Source: an uncultured Hyphomicrobiales bacterium (lineage in GTDB: Bacteria; Bacteroidota; Ignavibacteria; Kapaibacteriales; Kapaibacteriaceae). Taken from it: DNA of 61,171 bases. Below, one piece after another: positions 27,719 through 37,082 of the stretch (positions are counted from its first letter, which is position 1; each line of letters starts with the position of its first letter). The stretch spans positions 71,728 through 132,898 of the forward strand of contig CAZBOW010000002.1 of the NCBI GenBank assembly GCA_964493635.1, given 5' to 3'. The translations under genes and the position numbers were made by a program. The notes under the pieces were generated by a model. That model made no database searches. It was not told the origin of the DNA and worked only from the letters and a program-made list of their open reading frames with translations.

Positions 27719-28222
27719 TCAGTTCTTCGACAATTCGTTCACATAGTCCTCGGCCAAGCGCTTGTGGTCGGCATCGTTGATGGACCGGCCAAGCATCTTC
27801 GATGTCGCATCAACAACCATCACCGATACCTCGGAACGAAGCTGCTGCAGGGCAAGGTCGCGCTGACGCTCGATCTCGCGGGTTGCGTCGTCGACCTTCT
27901 GCTTCTTAACAACCTCGGCTTCTTCAGCCGCCTTACGCACGATGGCTTCGGCCTGCAGCTTGCCTTCGCGCACGATGGACATCATCTCGTTCTGCGCATT
28001 TGCAATCTTCTCCTTGCTTTCTGTCAGCATGGCCTTGGCTTCTGCGTTCGCCGTTTCGGCGTTCCGCAGCGCTTCATCGATGGTGTTCGTGCGAGCAGCC
28101 AGGGCCGACATCATTGGCTTCCACGCAAACTTGGCAATGATGACGGCGAAGATGGTGAAGTTGATAAGCGTCCAGAACACAAGTCCTGGACTCAGTTGCA
28201 GAAACGCTGGTAGGTTACCCAT
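27719..28222 (-). CDS. atpF: F0 ATP synthase subunit b
   Basis: One N-terminal TM (LVFWTLINFTIFAVIIAKFAW) followed by a long charged helix. Its operon position fits. Confidence 0.85.
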   Translation of the reverse strand: MGNLPAFLQLSPGLVFWTLINFTIFAVIIAKFAWKPMMSALAARTNTIDEALRNAETANAEAKAMLTESKEKIANAQNEMMSIVREGKLQAEAIVRKAAEEAEVVKKQKVDDATREIERQRDLALQQLRSEVSVMVVDATSKMLGRSINDADHKRLAEDYVNELSKN

Positions 28223-28250
28223 GATAGTCTCGTGTTCACAGTTGTTGTTT

Positions 28251-28287
28251 CAGTGCAGGCCTGTTGGCTTCCAACCCGCCTGCACTG
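28251..28287 (-). promoter_or_regulatory. Strong intercistronic stem-loop between atpE and atpF
   Basis: A perfect 10-bp inverted repeat (CAGTGCAGGC, 28251-28260 / GCCTGCACTG, 28278-28287) has inner GTTGG/CCAAC pairing. A second 5-bp hairpin, CCCCG-ACGTG-CGGGG, lies at 28289-28303. No U-run follows on the mRNA strand. Confidence 0.55.
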
Positions 28288-28318
28288 ACCCCGACGTGCG
28301 GGGGCAGCTTTGATAGTC

Positions 28319-28558
28319 TTACTTCACGGCCAGAAGAATACAGATTACACCGGCCAGCAGAGCAACACCCTCGATCAGAGCGGCGCCGATGATCATTGTG
28401 GTACGGATGTCACCAGCGTTTTCTGGCTGACGGCTGCTTGCCTCGAGGGCGGCAGCGGCAAGGCGACCAATACCGGTACCTACACCGAATACAGTGATGC
28501 CCACACCAAGGCCGGCTGACAGGTAGGCGAATGCGGTTGAGAGTGCTGCGGTTTCCAT
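28319..28558 (-). CDS. atpE: F0 ATP synthase subunit c
   Basis: The 79-aa hairpin protein METAALSTAF...GRLAAAALEASSRQPE...IGAALIEGVALLAGVICILLAVK has the carboxylate E in helix 2. The start was trimmed to 28558 from the listed 28627. Confidence 0.9.
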   Translation of the reverse strand: METAALSTAFAYLSAGLGVGITVFGVGTGIGRLAAAALEASSRQPENAGDIRTTMIIGAALIEGVALLAGVICILLAVK

Positions 28559-28583
28559 TGGAAACTCCTGTTGTGATGATGAA

Positions 28584-29582
28584 TTAGTGAGCGTGAGAGT
28601 GATGGTCGTCCGTTGCGTGATCACCAAGTGCTAACCCAACGAACACCGACGTAAGCATCGAGAAAATGTAGGCCTGCAGGAAGGCTACAAGAAGCTCCAG
28701 CAGGTAAATGAAGACCGAGAACAGTACACTTACTGGGGCTACGAAGGAGCCGACAAGTGCGCCCATGTCTTGCGAGAAGAAGAAAATCAGGCCTACCAGA
28801 GACAGCAGCACGATGTGACCGGCCGTCATGTTGGCGAACAAACGGATCATCAAGGCAAAGGGCTTGGTGATCAGCGACACGAGTTCGATCGGGATCATGA
28901 TTGGCGCAAGGTACACCGGGGCACCACCAAGGAGGTGATGGAGCCAAGCCTTGATGCCGGCATCCTTGATGGCGATGTAATTCACCACGCCAAACGCCGT
29001 GATGGCCAGTGCCATCGTCACACCCAGAGCTCCCGTAGCGGCGTGATTACCGGGGAGCAGGCCAAACAGATTCAAGAACAGAATGAAGAAGAACAGCGAC
29101 ATGATGTACGGCATCAGTCGGTTGGTTCGTGCCGGAGTGCCCACGTTTGGTCCCACGATCTCGTCGCGGATATAGAGCACCACGCTCTCGAGCACGTTCT
29201 GGATACCCCGTGGCGCTGCCAACGGCTGCTTTTTGTACCTACGACCCGCCACCGAAAACAGCAGAATCACAACGGCCATGGCGATCCACTCGTACACAAC
29301 GAAGTTCGTCACCGACAGGTCCCAAGCCGGATGCTCTCCGGTGTCCTTGCGCACAGGATGGCCCTCGTGCATCGTGAAGACGCCTGCATCCTCCATCGCA
29401 TGCTCATTGGCATACACATGGACGCCGTTGTCGACCAGGATCACCGGGAGAACCGGCATGTGCTGGAAGAACATGTTCAGTTCGTGGTGATCTCCAAGCT
29501 CACCCATCAGCTCGGTGAATACGGACTTCTCCTCACCTGCTGCTGGCGACTCTACCGACGGTTGTTGTTGTTCGTTTTTCAT
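28584..29582 (-). CDS. atpB: F0 ATP synthase subunit a (long N-terminal extension, His-rich C-terminus)
   Basis: The conserved region LMIRLFANMTAGHIVL carries the essential Arg. The protein is polytopic and its operon position fits. Confidence 0.9.
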   Translation of the reverse strand: MKNEQQQPSVESPAAGEEKSVFTELMGELGDHHELNMFFQHMPVLPVILVDNGVHVYANEHAMEDAGVFTMHEGHPVRKDTGEHPAWDLSVTNFVVYEWIAMAVVILLFSVAGRRYKKQPLAAPRGIQNVLESVVLYIRDEIVGPNVGTPARTNRLMPYIMSLFFFILFLNLFGLLPGNHAATGALGVTMALAITAFGVVNYIAIKDAGIKAWLHHLLGGAPVYLAPIMIPIELVSLITKPFALMIRLFANMTAGHIVLLSLVGLIFFFSQDMGALVGSFVAPVSVLFSVFIYLLELLVAFLQAYIFSMLTSVFVGLALGDHATDDHHSHAH

Positions 29583-29965
29583 GCCGAGGCTACTATCCCT
29601 ACGATTCGATCAGGCGTCAGTCGAGCGTTTTTTTTTAGGAGGTCCGACACTGGACGGCGCACCTGTCGCTTGCTGAGCTCGTACGAGCGATGAAAAAAAA
29701 GGATCTCTCCCATCAACATCACAAAACACACCACGGCAAACGTAAGGCTAAACACCACCTGGTGCATCTCGGCAATGCTTAAACAGTACCAGGCAGCCGT
29801 TACCACAGCGATACCACGCACGGCCATGCTACCAAAGACAACGGCAAGGAACACGTTCAATTCCTTACCGAATGCCTTCTTGGTAACCACGTAGCCTAGC
29901 AAGGTGTTCACCGCGCAAATGGCAATGGCTGTTACCGCACCCACCCATGGACTTCCAACGTCCAT
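29579..29965 (-). CDS. Small polytopic membrane protein, AtpI-like (ATP synthase protein I position)
   Basis: 128 aa with 3-4 hydrophobic helices. It overlaps atpB by 4 nt. The assignment rests on position and topology only. Confidence 0.5.
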   Translation of the reverse strand: MDVGSPWVGAVTAIAICAVNTLLGYVVTKKAFGKELNVFLAVVFGSMAVRGIAVVTAAWYCLSIAEMHQVVFSLTFAVVCFVMLMGEILFFHRSYELSKRQVRRPVSDLLKKNARLTPDRIVGIVASA

Positions 29966-29971
29966 TTCCGT

Positions 29972-30262
29972 TTATCCTTCGTGCCTTCTCGGCGTTGATG
30001 GTTCGTTGACGTCTTCGACCCGTTTCTGCTCCTGATCGCGTGCCAGCAAACGCTGCACGTTGCGCAGGAACTGGTAAAAGCCTGCCACACTCCCAAGGGT
30101 AAGTCCCCCGATCAGACCCCACGGATCTGAACCCGCGAGGTGATCCACAAACCACCCAAGAGCGCCCATCACAACAACCGATGCTGCCAGCTGCGTCCCC
30201 AACACAAGGTAAGGGGCTAGGCTTTGCATTACCGTCGGCATTACCCTCGATGGAGGAGGCAT
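29972..30262 (-). CDS. AtpZ/AtpI-family small membrane protein
   Basis: YLVLGTQLAASVVVMGALGWFVDHLAGSDPWGLIGGLTLGSVAGFYQFLRNV resembles the AtpZ (putative F0F1 subunit) family. It is the first gene of the atp operon. Confidence 0.55.
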   Translation of the reverse strand: MPPPSRVMPTVMQSLAPYLVLGTQLAASVVVMGALGWFVDHLAGSDPWGLIGGLTLGSVAGFYQFLRNVQRLLARDQEQKRVEDVNEPSTPRRHEG

Positions 30263-30287
30263 GGCAAGGCTCGTACAATTTCGCGCG

Positions 30288-30319
30288 CAAAATTAGCCGT
30301 GATCCGGCTAAAAACCCAA
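30288..30319 (-). promoter_or_regulatory. Bacteroidetes-type promoter of the atp operon: TTG-N21-TAATTTTG
   Basis: The minus strand reads TTG (30319-30317), a 21-nt spacer, then TAATTTTG (30295-30288), 25 nt upstream of the atpZ ATG. Confidence 0.5.
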
Positions 30320-31651
30320 TTCACGGAGACTTGTCAGAACGTCGTCGGCAAAAATGTTAGTGGTTTGGCCATACCACATGGCTGCAGGCACAAAACACAG
30401 AGATCCATAGGTGGACGGATTTAGCGGCTCGATTGCACTCGAGGCCACAACCGTGACCTCCTCGGCCCGAAAATCATTGTCGACGTCGTACAACGCAATC
30501 GTGCACCCAATCTCGGTGAGCTGCTGATCGCGGATCGGTGGGCGGTTATATCCGAGCAACGCAAAGGGGATCCGGAGCTTCACGATGTAGCCATCCGAAC
30601 GCTGCGAGGTTACAACCCGTACCTGCGAGGCTGCCTCGTCCTGTTCGTCGGTGAGCGCATCCGTGGTGCGCACCTTGATCGTCGGCCGAATGTCCTGAAA
30701 GTCGCCAATCTTCACGGAGAAGGCATACAGGCCGGAATCCGCTTCGGTTCGCACATTCAACGTGCGCCCGGCAACCTTGGTGAGGTACCGGCTGGACGAC
30801 TCCGCACCCGGCGGTGCCACATCCAGCCACAGCTCCAGACGGTCGGACGGACAGGTATCGCACCACCCCGTTACCACATGGGAGTCTAAAACGGCAATCC
30901 GTGCATACAGGTACTGTTCATCGTACACCAAACGAGCGCGAAACGAGGCATCCCCCACACCCGACCACCAGAAACTACCGCGACGCACATGATCGATGGT
31001 ACCGACGCTTGCCTCCGGAATAATCCCGGCAAACACCTGCCGGCCACGTTCATAGCACGGAATCGTAATGAACGAGGTTTGGAAAGAGGGCTTAGCCTGG
31101 AGCAGATACCGGTCGCTGGTTTCTAGGGTCTGGTAGTTTCGGTACGATTCGTGGGCAAAGCCCTGAATGGTATTGCTGACGAATCGATCGACCATCACCA
31201 CGCTGCCACCAACGTAGCGATAGCCCGTCATGATCCAGTCCTCTTCCTTGCGTTTCTGAGCCACGTAGCAGGTGGTGTTTTTGATCACCACACCCACTTC
31301 TAGGGGAAGCGTCACATACGGTACGCGGTAGGTAGCAACGTTCTCCAGAAATCCGTCGATGTCGGCAAAGAGGTATACGACACACTCCTTGCGCCGAGTA
31401 CCGAGAACGTTGATGGAGAATGCAACATCCAGGTGGCCATCACCGGTAAAATCACCAGCATCCCAACCCCAAATCCGATAGTCCGAGCCCTTCGGCATCG
31501 CCTCTTGGAGGTCGTCGATGAGTTCGTCGGCAAAGTAGGGGGCTAGCCGCGCGCGGAGCTCGGAGAACGGTACCCCCGCCTGTGCTACAGTCGACGTGAC
31601 TGCCAGCATCAAGAGTGCTACAAACAACAGGGTGGAGCGTACGGATCGCAT
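30308..31651 (-). CDS. Secreted hypothetical protein (FG-GAP-like motif, CBM9-like C-terminal half)
   Basis: The start was trimmed to MRSVRSTLLFVALLMLAVTSTVAQA (signal peptide) at 31651. The motif GWDAGDFTGDGHLDVAF is present. Upstream of 31651 the listed ORF overlaps the kinase gene and is R/C/G/P-rich. Confidence 0.7.
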   Translation of the reverse strand: MRSVRSTLLFVALLMLAVTSTVAQAGVPFSELRARLAPYFADELIDDLQEAMPKGSDYRIWGWDAGDFTGDGHLDVAFSINVLGTRRKECVVYLFADIDGFLENVATYRVPYVTLPLEVGVVIKNTTCYVAQKRKEEDWIMTGYRYVGGSVVMVDRFVSNTIQGFAHESYRNYQTLETSDRYLLQAKPSFQTSFITIPCYERGRQVFAGIIPEASVGTIDHVRRGSFWWSGVGDASFRARLVYDEQYLYARIAVLDSHVVTGWCDTCPSDRLELWLDVAPPGAESSSRYLTKVAGRTLNVRTEADSGLYAFSVKIGDFQDIRPTIKVRTTDALTDEQDEAASQVRVVTSQRSDGYIVKLRIPFALLGYNRPPIRDQQLTEIGCTIALYDVDNDFRAEEVTVVASSAIEPLNPSTYGSLCFVPAAMWYGQTTNIFADDVLTSLRELGF

Positions 31652-31662
31652 AGACCGCAAAT

Positions 31663-32646
31663 CTACGGCAGGATCGAATCTCGCACGCTGATGTGACTGG
31701 TTCGAAGTCGTGCACCATACTGGGCCACTACTTGTGCTGCCGCATACGATGCCAGCCGTCCGGCGTGTTCCGGGTGGTGGCGGTGTATCACACCGTAGAG
31801 GAAGGCCCCGGCAAACATGTCGCCGGCACCGGTGGCATCCACCGGTACGATTGGGTAGGCCGGAACCTGAACCTCGTGGCCGTTCCACGCGATGTGGGAT
31901 CCTCGATCGCCCATGGTGAGCACCACATTGCGAAATCGGGAGCGGAGGGCGGCATGGGCATTCTCCAACGAGTCCTCCTGAGCAAGGGCCTGTCCCTCGA
32001 CTTCGTTGCAAAAGACAAGATCGGTATGCTTCAGGATGCTATTCAGGTGATGACCAAACACGTCAATGACGAAGCGATCGGAACAGCTTACGGCGATGTA
32101 GGTACCGTGCTTCCGTGCATAGAATGCGGCGCGATCAACGGCCTCGGCACCGGAGTCGTCTGTGAGTTTGTACCCCTCGATGTAGAGCCACTCGGAGGCC
32201 TTAATCACGTCCTCATCTACATGCACTGGACCATAGTTCGAGTTCACGGCAAGTGTCGTGTTGAGAGTACGCTCACTATCGGGGGTGATCATCACCACGC
32301 ATGTACCAGTCGTCTCACCAGGAATCGACGATGCCTGCAGATGAATCCCCAACTCATGGAACTCGTCAGCATAGAACGTACCGAAGGTATCGCTACCGAG
32401 CAGAGAACTGAAAGCCCCCTTCCCCCCAAACTGCGCAAAAGCAATCAGGGAGTTTGCCGCCGAACCGCCGGAGCTGCGATGGCTGTCGCGGTCGGCAAGG
32501 GCGCCGAGGATCTCCTGCTGACGAGCAGGGTCGGTGAGGGTCATCGCCCCCTTGGTTACGCCGAACGTCTCAAGTTCAGCTTCAGTTACACGGTATTCGA
32601 GGTCGACAAGGGCATTACCGATGCCCATGAGTTGTACTGACTTCAC
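31663..32646 (-). CDS. PfkB-family carbohydrate kinase, adenosine-kinase-like
   Basis: N-terminal GIGNALVD and the PfkB signature VDATGAGDMFAGAFLYG. Confidence 0.85.
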   Translation of the reverse strand: MKSVQLMGIGNALVDLEYRVTEAELETFGVTKGAMTLTDPARQQEILGALADRDSHRSSGGSAANSLIAFAQFGGKGAFSSLLGSDTFGTFYADEFHELGIHLQASSIPGETTGTCVVMITPDSERTLNTTLAVNSNYGPVHVDEDVIKASEWLYIEGYKLTDDSGAEAVDRAAFYARKHGTYIAVSCSDRFVIDVFGHHLNSILKHTDLVFCNEVEGQALAQEDSLENAHAALRSRFRNVVLTMGDRGSHIAWNGHEVQVPAYPIVPVDATGAGDMFAGAFLYGVIHRHHPEHAGRLASYAAAQVVAQYGARLRTSHISVRDSILP

Positions 32647-32668
32647 GGTTCTGTTCTTTTACGGTTCG

Positions 32669-33691
32669 TTACGGGGTTTCGAGTGACAAGCGGATGATTT
32701 CTTCGCAGAGATCGGCAAAGCCAATCCCAACGGCCTTTGCAGCCATGGGTACAAGACTCAACTCGGTGAATCCCGGAACGGTGTTCACTTCCAGGCACAC
32801 GGGCAGTTGGTCTTCCGTCAACAAAAAGTCCACACGGCTATAGGTTGCACAGCCAAGTGCGCGATGAGCTGTCACAGCAAGGCTCATCATGTGATCACGA
32901 ACGTGATCCTCAAGATCGGCCGGGCAGTGGTACTCCGTGCGACCCTTCGTGTACTTGTTTTGGTAGTCATAGGTCCCCTCATGAGGGACGATCTCAATCA
33001 CAGGCAGTGCCTCATCGCCCAGAACGGCCACCGTAAACTCTCGTCCACGAACGTACCGCTCCACGATGATCGAGTTTGTGTACCTGGCTGCCTCCTGCAC
33101 GGCAGCTTGGAGGTCGTGCAGATCACCACTCTCGACGATGGTCATCCCCACAGTGGAACCTCCGTCGTTTGGCTTGACAACCACCGGCCCTTTCAGCTCC
33201 TGCCGTACCTCTTCTAACAACTCCATGTCGTTGGCATCGGAGGCTTGCAGCGTTGCCCAGTGCGCCGTGGGAATGGAGCTCACCTGAAACAACATCTTTG
33301 CAAGTCCCTTATCCATGGCAATGGCACTGGCCGTCATCCCACTTCCCGTAAACGGCAAACCACGCAGGTGGAGGAGCGCCTGCATGTAGCCATCCTCTCC
33401 GTACTGACCGTGCAGAAGATTGAATACGATGTCAACGCCATCGAGCTGTCCCGAGGCAACGCACTCCATCAGAGCCTCTTTTCGGAATCCGGCCAGTTCC
33501 TCAGGAGCTACCGGCGCATTGGTTGCCGCATCCAGATCGGCATCCGAGAGTTCCGCATGTGCACCGCGCGATGGATCAAACGCCCGCACGGTATGGCCGC
33601 GCTCACGCAGTGCGCGTGTAACGGCCCGACCACTCAGGAGTGAAATGTTGCGTTCGGAACTAATTCCGCCCATCAATACGGCGATGTTCAT
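32669..33691 (-). CDS. ddl: D-alanine--D-alanine ligase
   Basis: Motifs MNIAVLMGGISSERNISLLSG, HGQYGEDG and LEVNTVPG are present. The start at 33691 forms an ATGA overlap with the udg stop. Confidence 0.9.
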   Translation of the reverse strand: MNIAVLMGGISSERNISLLSGRAVTRALRERGHTVRAFDPSRGAHAELSDADLDAATNAPVAPEELAGFRKEALMECVASGQLDGVDIVFNLLHGQYGEDGYMQALLHLRGLPFTGSGMTASAIAMDKGLAKMLFQVSSIPTAHWATLQASDANDMELLEEVRQELKGPVVVKPNDGGSTVGMTIVESGDLHDLQAAVQEAARYTNSIIVERYVRGREFTVAVLGDEALPVIEIVPHEGTYDYQNKYTKGRTEYHCPADLEDHVRDHMMSLAVTAHRALGCATYSRVDFLLTEDQLPVCLEVNTVPGFTELSLVPMAAKAVGIGFADLCEEIIRLSLETP

Positions 33692-34416
33692 GGGGTGTGC
33701 AGTAAACGAGCTAACTGTTGTACATCCTCCCATGTGGCCTTTTTCCACTCGGGATTGCGCAACAGTGCTGCAGGGTGATAGGTAACAACCATTGGAATCC
33801 CTTGATAGTCGTGGATGGTGCCACGAAGGGATGCCATGGACTCTTTATTTTTCAGGAGGGTATTGGCGGCGGTTAGTCCGAGAGCCAAAATGTACCGCGG
33901 TTGTACCAGCTGGATCTGCTTCCACAGATATGGCTCGCAAGAGTCCGTTTCGCTGGCAAGGGGCTTGCGGTTATTCGGGGGCCGACACTTCAGGATATTG
34001 CAGATATAGACGTCGTCCCGCTGAATCTCGATGGCCTCTAAGATTTTTGTCAGGAGCTGTCCTGCCCTACCAACAAAGGGCAGACCTTGGGCGTCCTCGT
34101 CGGCACCTGGTGCCTCCCCTACGATCATCAGATCAGCATTGGGATTGCCGGATCCAAACACAAAATTGGTGCGGCTGGCTCCCAACGGACAGTCCATACA
34201 GCTACAGATGCGTTCGTGAAGGTCGTCCAGCGTGGTCGCATCGGACCAAGACACGCTCGGTTGCGGGGGCACGATCTCCTCCTGCTCTCTCAGGGTGTTG
34301 TCCTGCAGTACTACAGTGGCATCTTCAATGACACGGGAGCGGTCGACATACGTGATGTTGCCGAACTGCTCCCGTTGTTGTTTCAGATACCGCAGAATGT
34401 CGGAATGAAGTGTCAC
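33688..34416 (-). CDS. Uracil-DNA glycosylase, family 4
   Basis: CMDCPLGASRTNFVFGSGNPNADLMIVGEAPGADEDAQGLPFVGRAGQLL... and HPAALLRNP. Confidence 0.85.
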   Translation of the reverse strand: MTLHSDILRYLKQQREQFGNITYVDRSRVIEDATVVLQDNTLREQEEIVPPQPSVSWSDATTLDDLHERICSCMDCPLGASRTNFVFGSGNPNADLMIVGEAPGADEDAQGLPFVGRAGQLLTKILEAIEIQRDDVYICNILKCRPPNNRKPLASETDSCEPYLWKQIQLVQPRYILALGLTAANTLLKNKESMASLRGTIHDYQGIPMVVTYHPAALLRNPEWKKATWEDVQQLARLLHTP

Positions 34417-36941
34417 TCTTCGTGTGTTTCAGCTTCTTCTGGTTCTTCCTCGCCAGGTTCCAGATTGGAATCGGCCTTGGCCTTGCTCAGAGCGAAGGCA
34501 ATTGCAGCCGACTTCTTATCCAGTTTGCCTTTGATGACCGATCCTTCGGGGTATCCACCCTTCAGCATCTCTTCGGCCAGTGGATCCTCAACGAAACGCT
34601 GGAGCGTACGGCGCAGCGGTCGAGCTCCATACTTTTCGTCGAAGCCATGCTCTGCCAGAAACTCCTTGGCCGTCTTCGAAAGCTCTAGGCTGATGCCCCG
34701 CTCCGTTAACCGCTTGGTGAGATCCTTCAGCTGAAGATCAATGATCTCCACCATGTGCTCCTTCTTGAGCGTCCGGAAGATCACATACTCATCGATACGG
34801 TTGAGAAACTCCGGATTGAACAAACGCTTCATCGTTTCTTCAACCGTGGACTTCATGTTCTCGTAGGCGTCGCCAGACTCATCGGTGGTAAAGCCGATCT
34901 TACCTCCAGCCTTGACGTCTCGCATTCCTACGTTGGACGTCATGATGATAATGGTGTTCTTGAAGTCGACGCGTCGGCCGAGACCGTCCGTCAACTGACC
35001 ATCATCGAACACCTGCAGAAGGATGTTGAACACATCAGGATGCGCTTTCTCGATCTCGTCGAGCAGGACGATGGAGTAGGGCTTTCGACGCACTTTTTCG
35101 GTGAGCTGTCCACCCTCTTCGTAGCCAACATAGCCTGGAGGCGCACCTACAAGTCGCGACACGGAGAACTTTTCCATGTACTCACTCATGTCGATGCGAA
35201 TCAAGGCATCTTCGGAGTCGAACATATACCGAGCCAACGCCTTGGCAAGCTCCGTCTTCCCGACACCGGTCGGACCTAGGAACATGAACGAACCAATCGG
35301 ACGACTTGGGTCCTTCAATCCTGCCCGTGCCCGACGAATGGCCTTTGCCAAATGTTCCACGGCTTCTTCCTGGCCAATCACCTGCCTTTTGAGCTCGGCA
35401 GCCATCTGGAGCAGCTTGTGTGACTCACTCTCAGCAATTCGGTTGACGGGAATACCGGTCATCATGGCGATCACGTCAGCGATGTCGTCCTCGGTAACCT
35501 CGTGAACAATCTCTTGGGCCGACTGCTCCCAGTTCTCCTTCGCCGACTCCAGCTCCGCCTGGTACTTCTTCTCGAGGTCGCGTAGCCGCGCAGCTTCTTC
35601 GAAGTTTTGCGCCTTGACAACCTGATTCTTCTCCAAGCGAACGTCCTCGATCTTGGCCTCGAGGTCCAGGACCTCTTTCGGGACGGTGATGTGCGACAGG
35701 TGCACGCGGGCTCCCGCCTCATCCATCACGTCTAAGGCCTTATCTGGTAGGAAACGGTCGGTGATGTAGCGTTCGGCCATGTGTACACAGCCACGAATCG
35801 CGTCGTCGGTGTATCGCACGCCGTGATGCTTCTCGTAGCGATCCGACACGTTCTTCAGGATCTGGATGGCCTCCTCGGTTGAAGGGGGCTCAACGAGAAT
35901 CTTTTGGAATCGTCGGTCCAACGCTCCATCTTTCTCGATGAACTGTCGGTATTCATCCAGCGTCGTGGCGCCAATGCATTGAATATCGCCGCGGGCGAGG
36001 GCTGGTTTGAACATGTTCGAAGCATCCAGCGACCCTGAAGCACCGCCGGCACCAACAATCGTGTGGAGCTCGTCGATGAACAAGATGACGTCCTTCGCCT
36101 TCTCCAACTCATTCATCACGGCCTTCATGCGCTCTTCAAACTGGCCGCGATATTTCGTTCCGGCCACAAGGGCTGCAAGGTCCAGCGTGACAATCCGCTT
36201 CTCAAAGAGAACTCGAGAGACCTTCCGATCGATGATTCGTAGCGCGAGACCCTCCACGATGGCCGTTTTACCAACACCGGGTTCACCGATTAGTACGGGA
36301 TTATTCTTCTTCCGGCGTGAGAGCACTTGGGCTACCCGTTCAATTTCCTTCTCACGACCGATAACCGGGTCGAGCTTACCTTCGGCTGCTAGCTTTGTAA
36401 GATCGCGACCAAAATTGTCCAGAACTGGCGTCTTTGCACGCTCGGGTACCGCCTTGCTCTTGGTCGATGAACCGCGTTCAGCCTTCTGGGCACTCGTGCT
36501 CGGCTTACCGCTGAGGTAGGCATCCAGTTCTTTGCGGACGGTGTCGTAATTGACCGAAAACTGCGCTAGGATCTGCGCAGCGATGTTGTCCTCGTCCCGC
36601 AGCAGCGACAGCAGCAAGTGTTCGGTACCGATGACATCGGACTTGTACAGCTTGGCTTCGAGGTACGTGATCTTCAGAACCTTTTCTGCCTGCTTGGTGA
36701 GCGGAATGTTACCGATCGTCAGCGGGCCACTCATGGCCCGAACCGTATCCTCGATGGAGCGCTTGAGTTTACTAAGATCCACCTCCAGGTTTCGGAGGAT
36801 CTTGATACCAATACCCTCACCCTCCCGTATGATACCCAGCAGTAGATGCTCGGTACCGATATAGTCGTGACCTAACCGCAGAGCTTCCTCGCGGCTGAGG
36901 CGTATGACGTCTTGGACTCGATTAGAAAAGTTGCCTTCCAT
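34413..36941 (-). CDS. clpC: AAA+ chaperone ClpC (Clp protease ATP-binding subunit)
   Basis: It has a double Clp_N repeat ([15 protein letters not shown] / [14 protein letters not shown]), two Walker A motifs ([16 protein letters not shown]) and a UVR-like linker ([13 protein letters not shown]). Length is 842 aa. Confidence 0.9.
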   Translation of the reverse strand: MEGNFSNRVQDVIRLSREEALRLGHDYIGTEHLLLGIIREGEGIGIKILRNLEVDLSKLKRSIEDTVRAMSGPLTIGNIPLTKQAEKVLKITYLEAKLYKSDVIGTEHLLLSLLRDEDNIAAQILAQFSVNYDTVRKELDAYLSGKPSTSAQKAERGSSTKSKAVPERAKTPVLDNFGRDLTKLAAEGKLDPVIGREKEIERVAQVLSRRKKNNPVLIGEPGVGKTAIVEGLALRIIDRKVSRVLFEKRIVTLDLAALVAGTKYRGQFEERMKAVMNELEKAKDVILFIDELHTIVGAGGASGSLDASNMFKPALARGDIQCIGATTLDEYRQFIEKDGALDRRFQKILVEPPSTEEAIQILKNVSDRYEKHHGVRYTDDAIRGCVHMAERYITDRFLPDKALDVMDEAGARVHLSHITVPKEVLDLEAKIEDVRLEKNQVVKAQNFEEAARLRDLEKKYQAELESAKENWEQSAQEIVHEVTEDDIADVIAMMTGIPVNRIAESESHKLLQMAAELKRQVIGQEEAVEHLAKAIRRARAGLKDPSRPIGSFMFLGPTGVGKTELAKALARYMFDSEDALIRIDMSEYMEKFSVSRLVGAPPGYVGYEEGGQLTEKVRRKPYSIVLLDEIEKAHPDVFNILLQVFDDGQLTDGLGRRVDFKNTIIIMTSNVGMRDVKAGGKIGFTTDESGDAYENMKSTVEETMKRLFNPEFLNRIDEYVIFRTLKKEHMVEIIDLQLKDLTKRLTERGISLELSKTAKEFLAEHGFDEKYGARPLRRTLQRFVEDPLAEEMLKGGYPEGSVIKGKLDKKSAAIAFALSKAKADSNLEPGEEEPEEAETHEE

Positions 36942-37082
36942 GGCATGGTTCCGGTGAGAGTGAGACAGTGCCAGTAAGACGGACGTGGTGGCGTTCTGTT
37001 ACCTGCCAGGGAAATATAGCTGTTCCCCCACTGCACGTCTGGGCCAAGATTTCAACATCTACCACAAACGTTTTGTTCCGAC

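Noticed and set aside
27305-29693. Long plus-strand ORFs antisense to atpH/atpF (27305..28213, 302 aa) and atpB (28770..29693, 307 aa).
   Set aside because: They lie opposite genes with unambiguous ATP synthase homology and have His/Arg/Gly-rich composition typical of GC-rich antisense frames. The same reasoning applies to 2024..2647, 4039..4908, 31693..32640, 39963..41156, 47151..48350 and 58353..59258.
29865-30290. A 141-aa minus-strand ORF spanning the atpI-like/atpZ-like junction.
   Set aside because: It is out of frame with two membrane-protein ORFs that have sensible hydrophobic helices, and its product is Arg/Gly/Cys-rich.
31652-32011. A 120-codon N-terminal extension of ORF 30308..32011.
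   Set aside because: The extension is R/C/G/P-rich and lies wholly inside the PfkB kinase gene in another frame. A signal peptide starts at M121 (31651).
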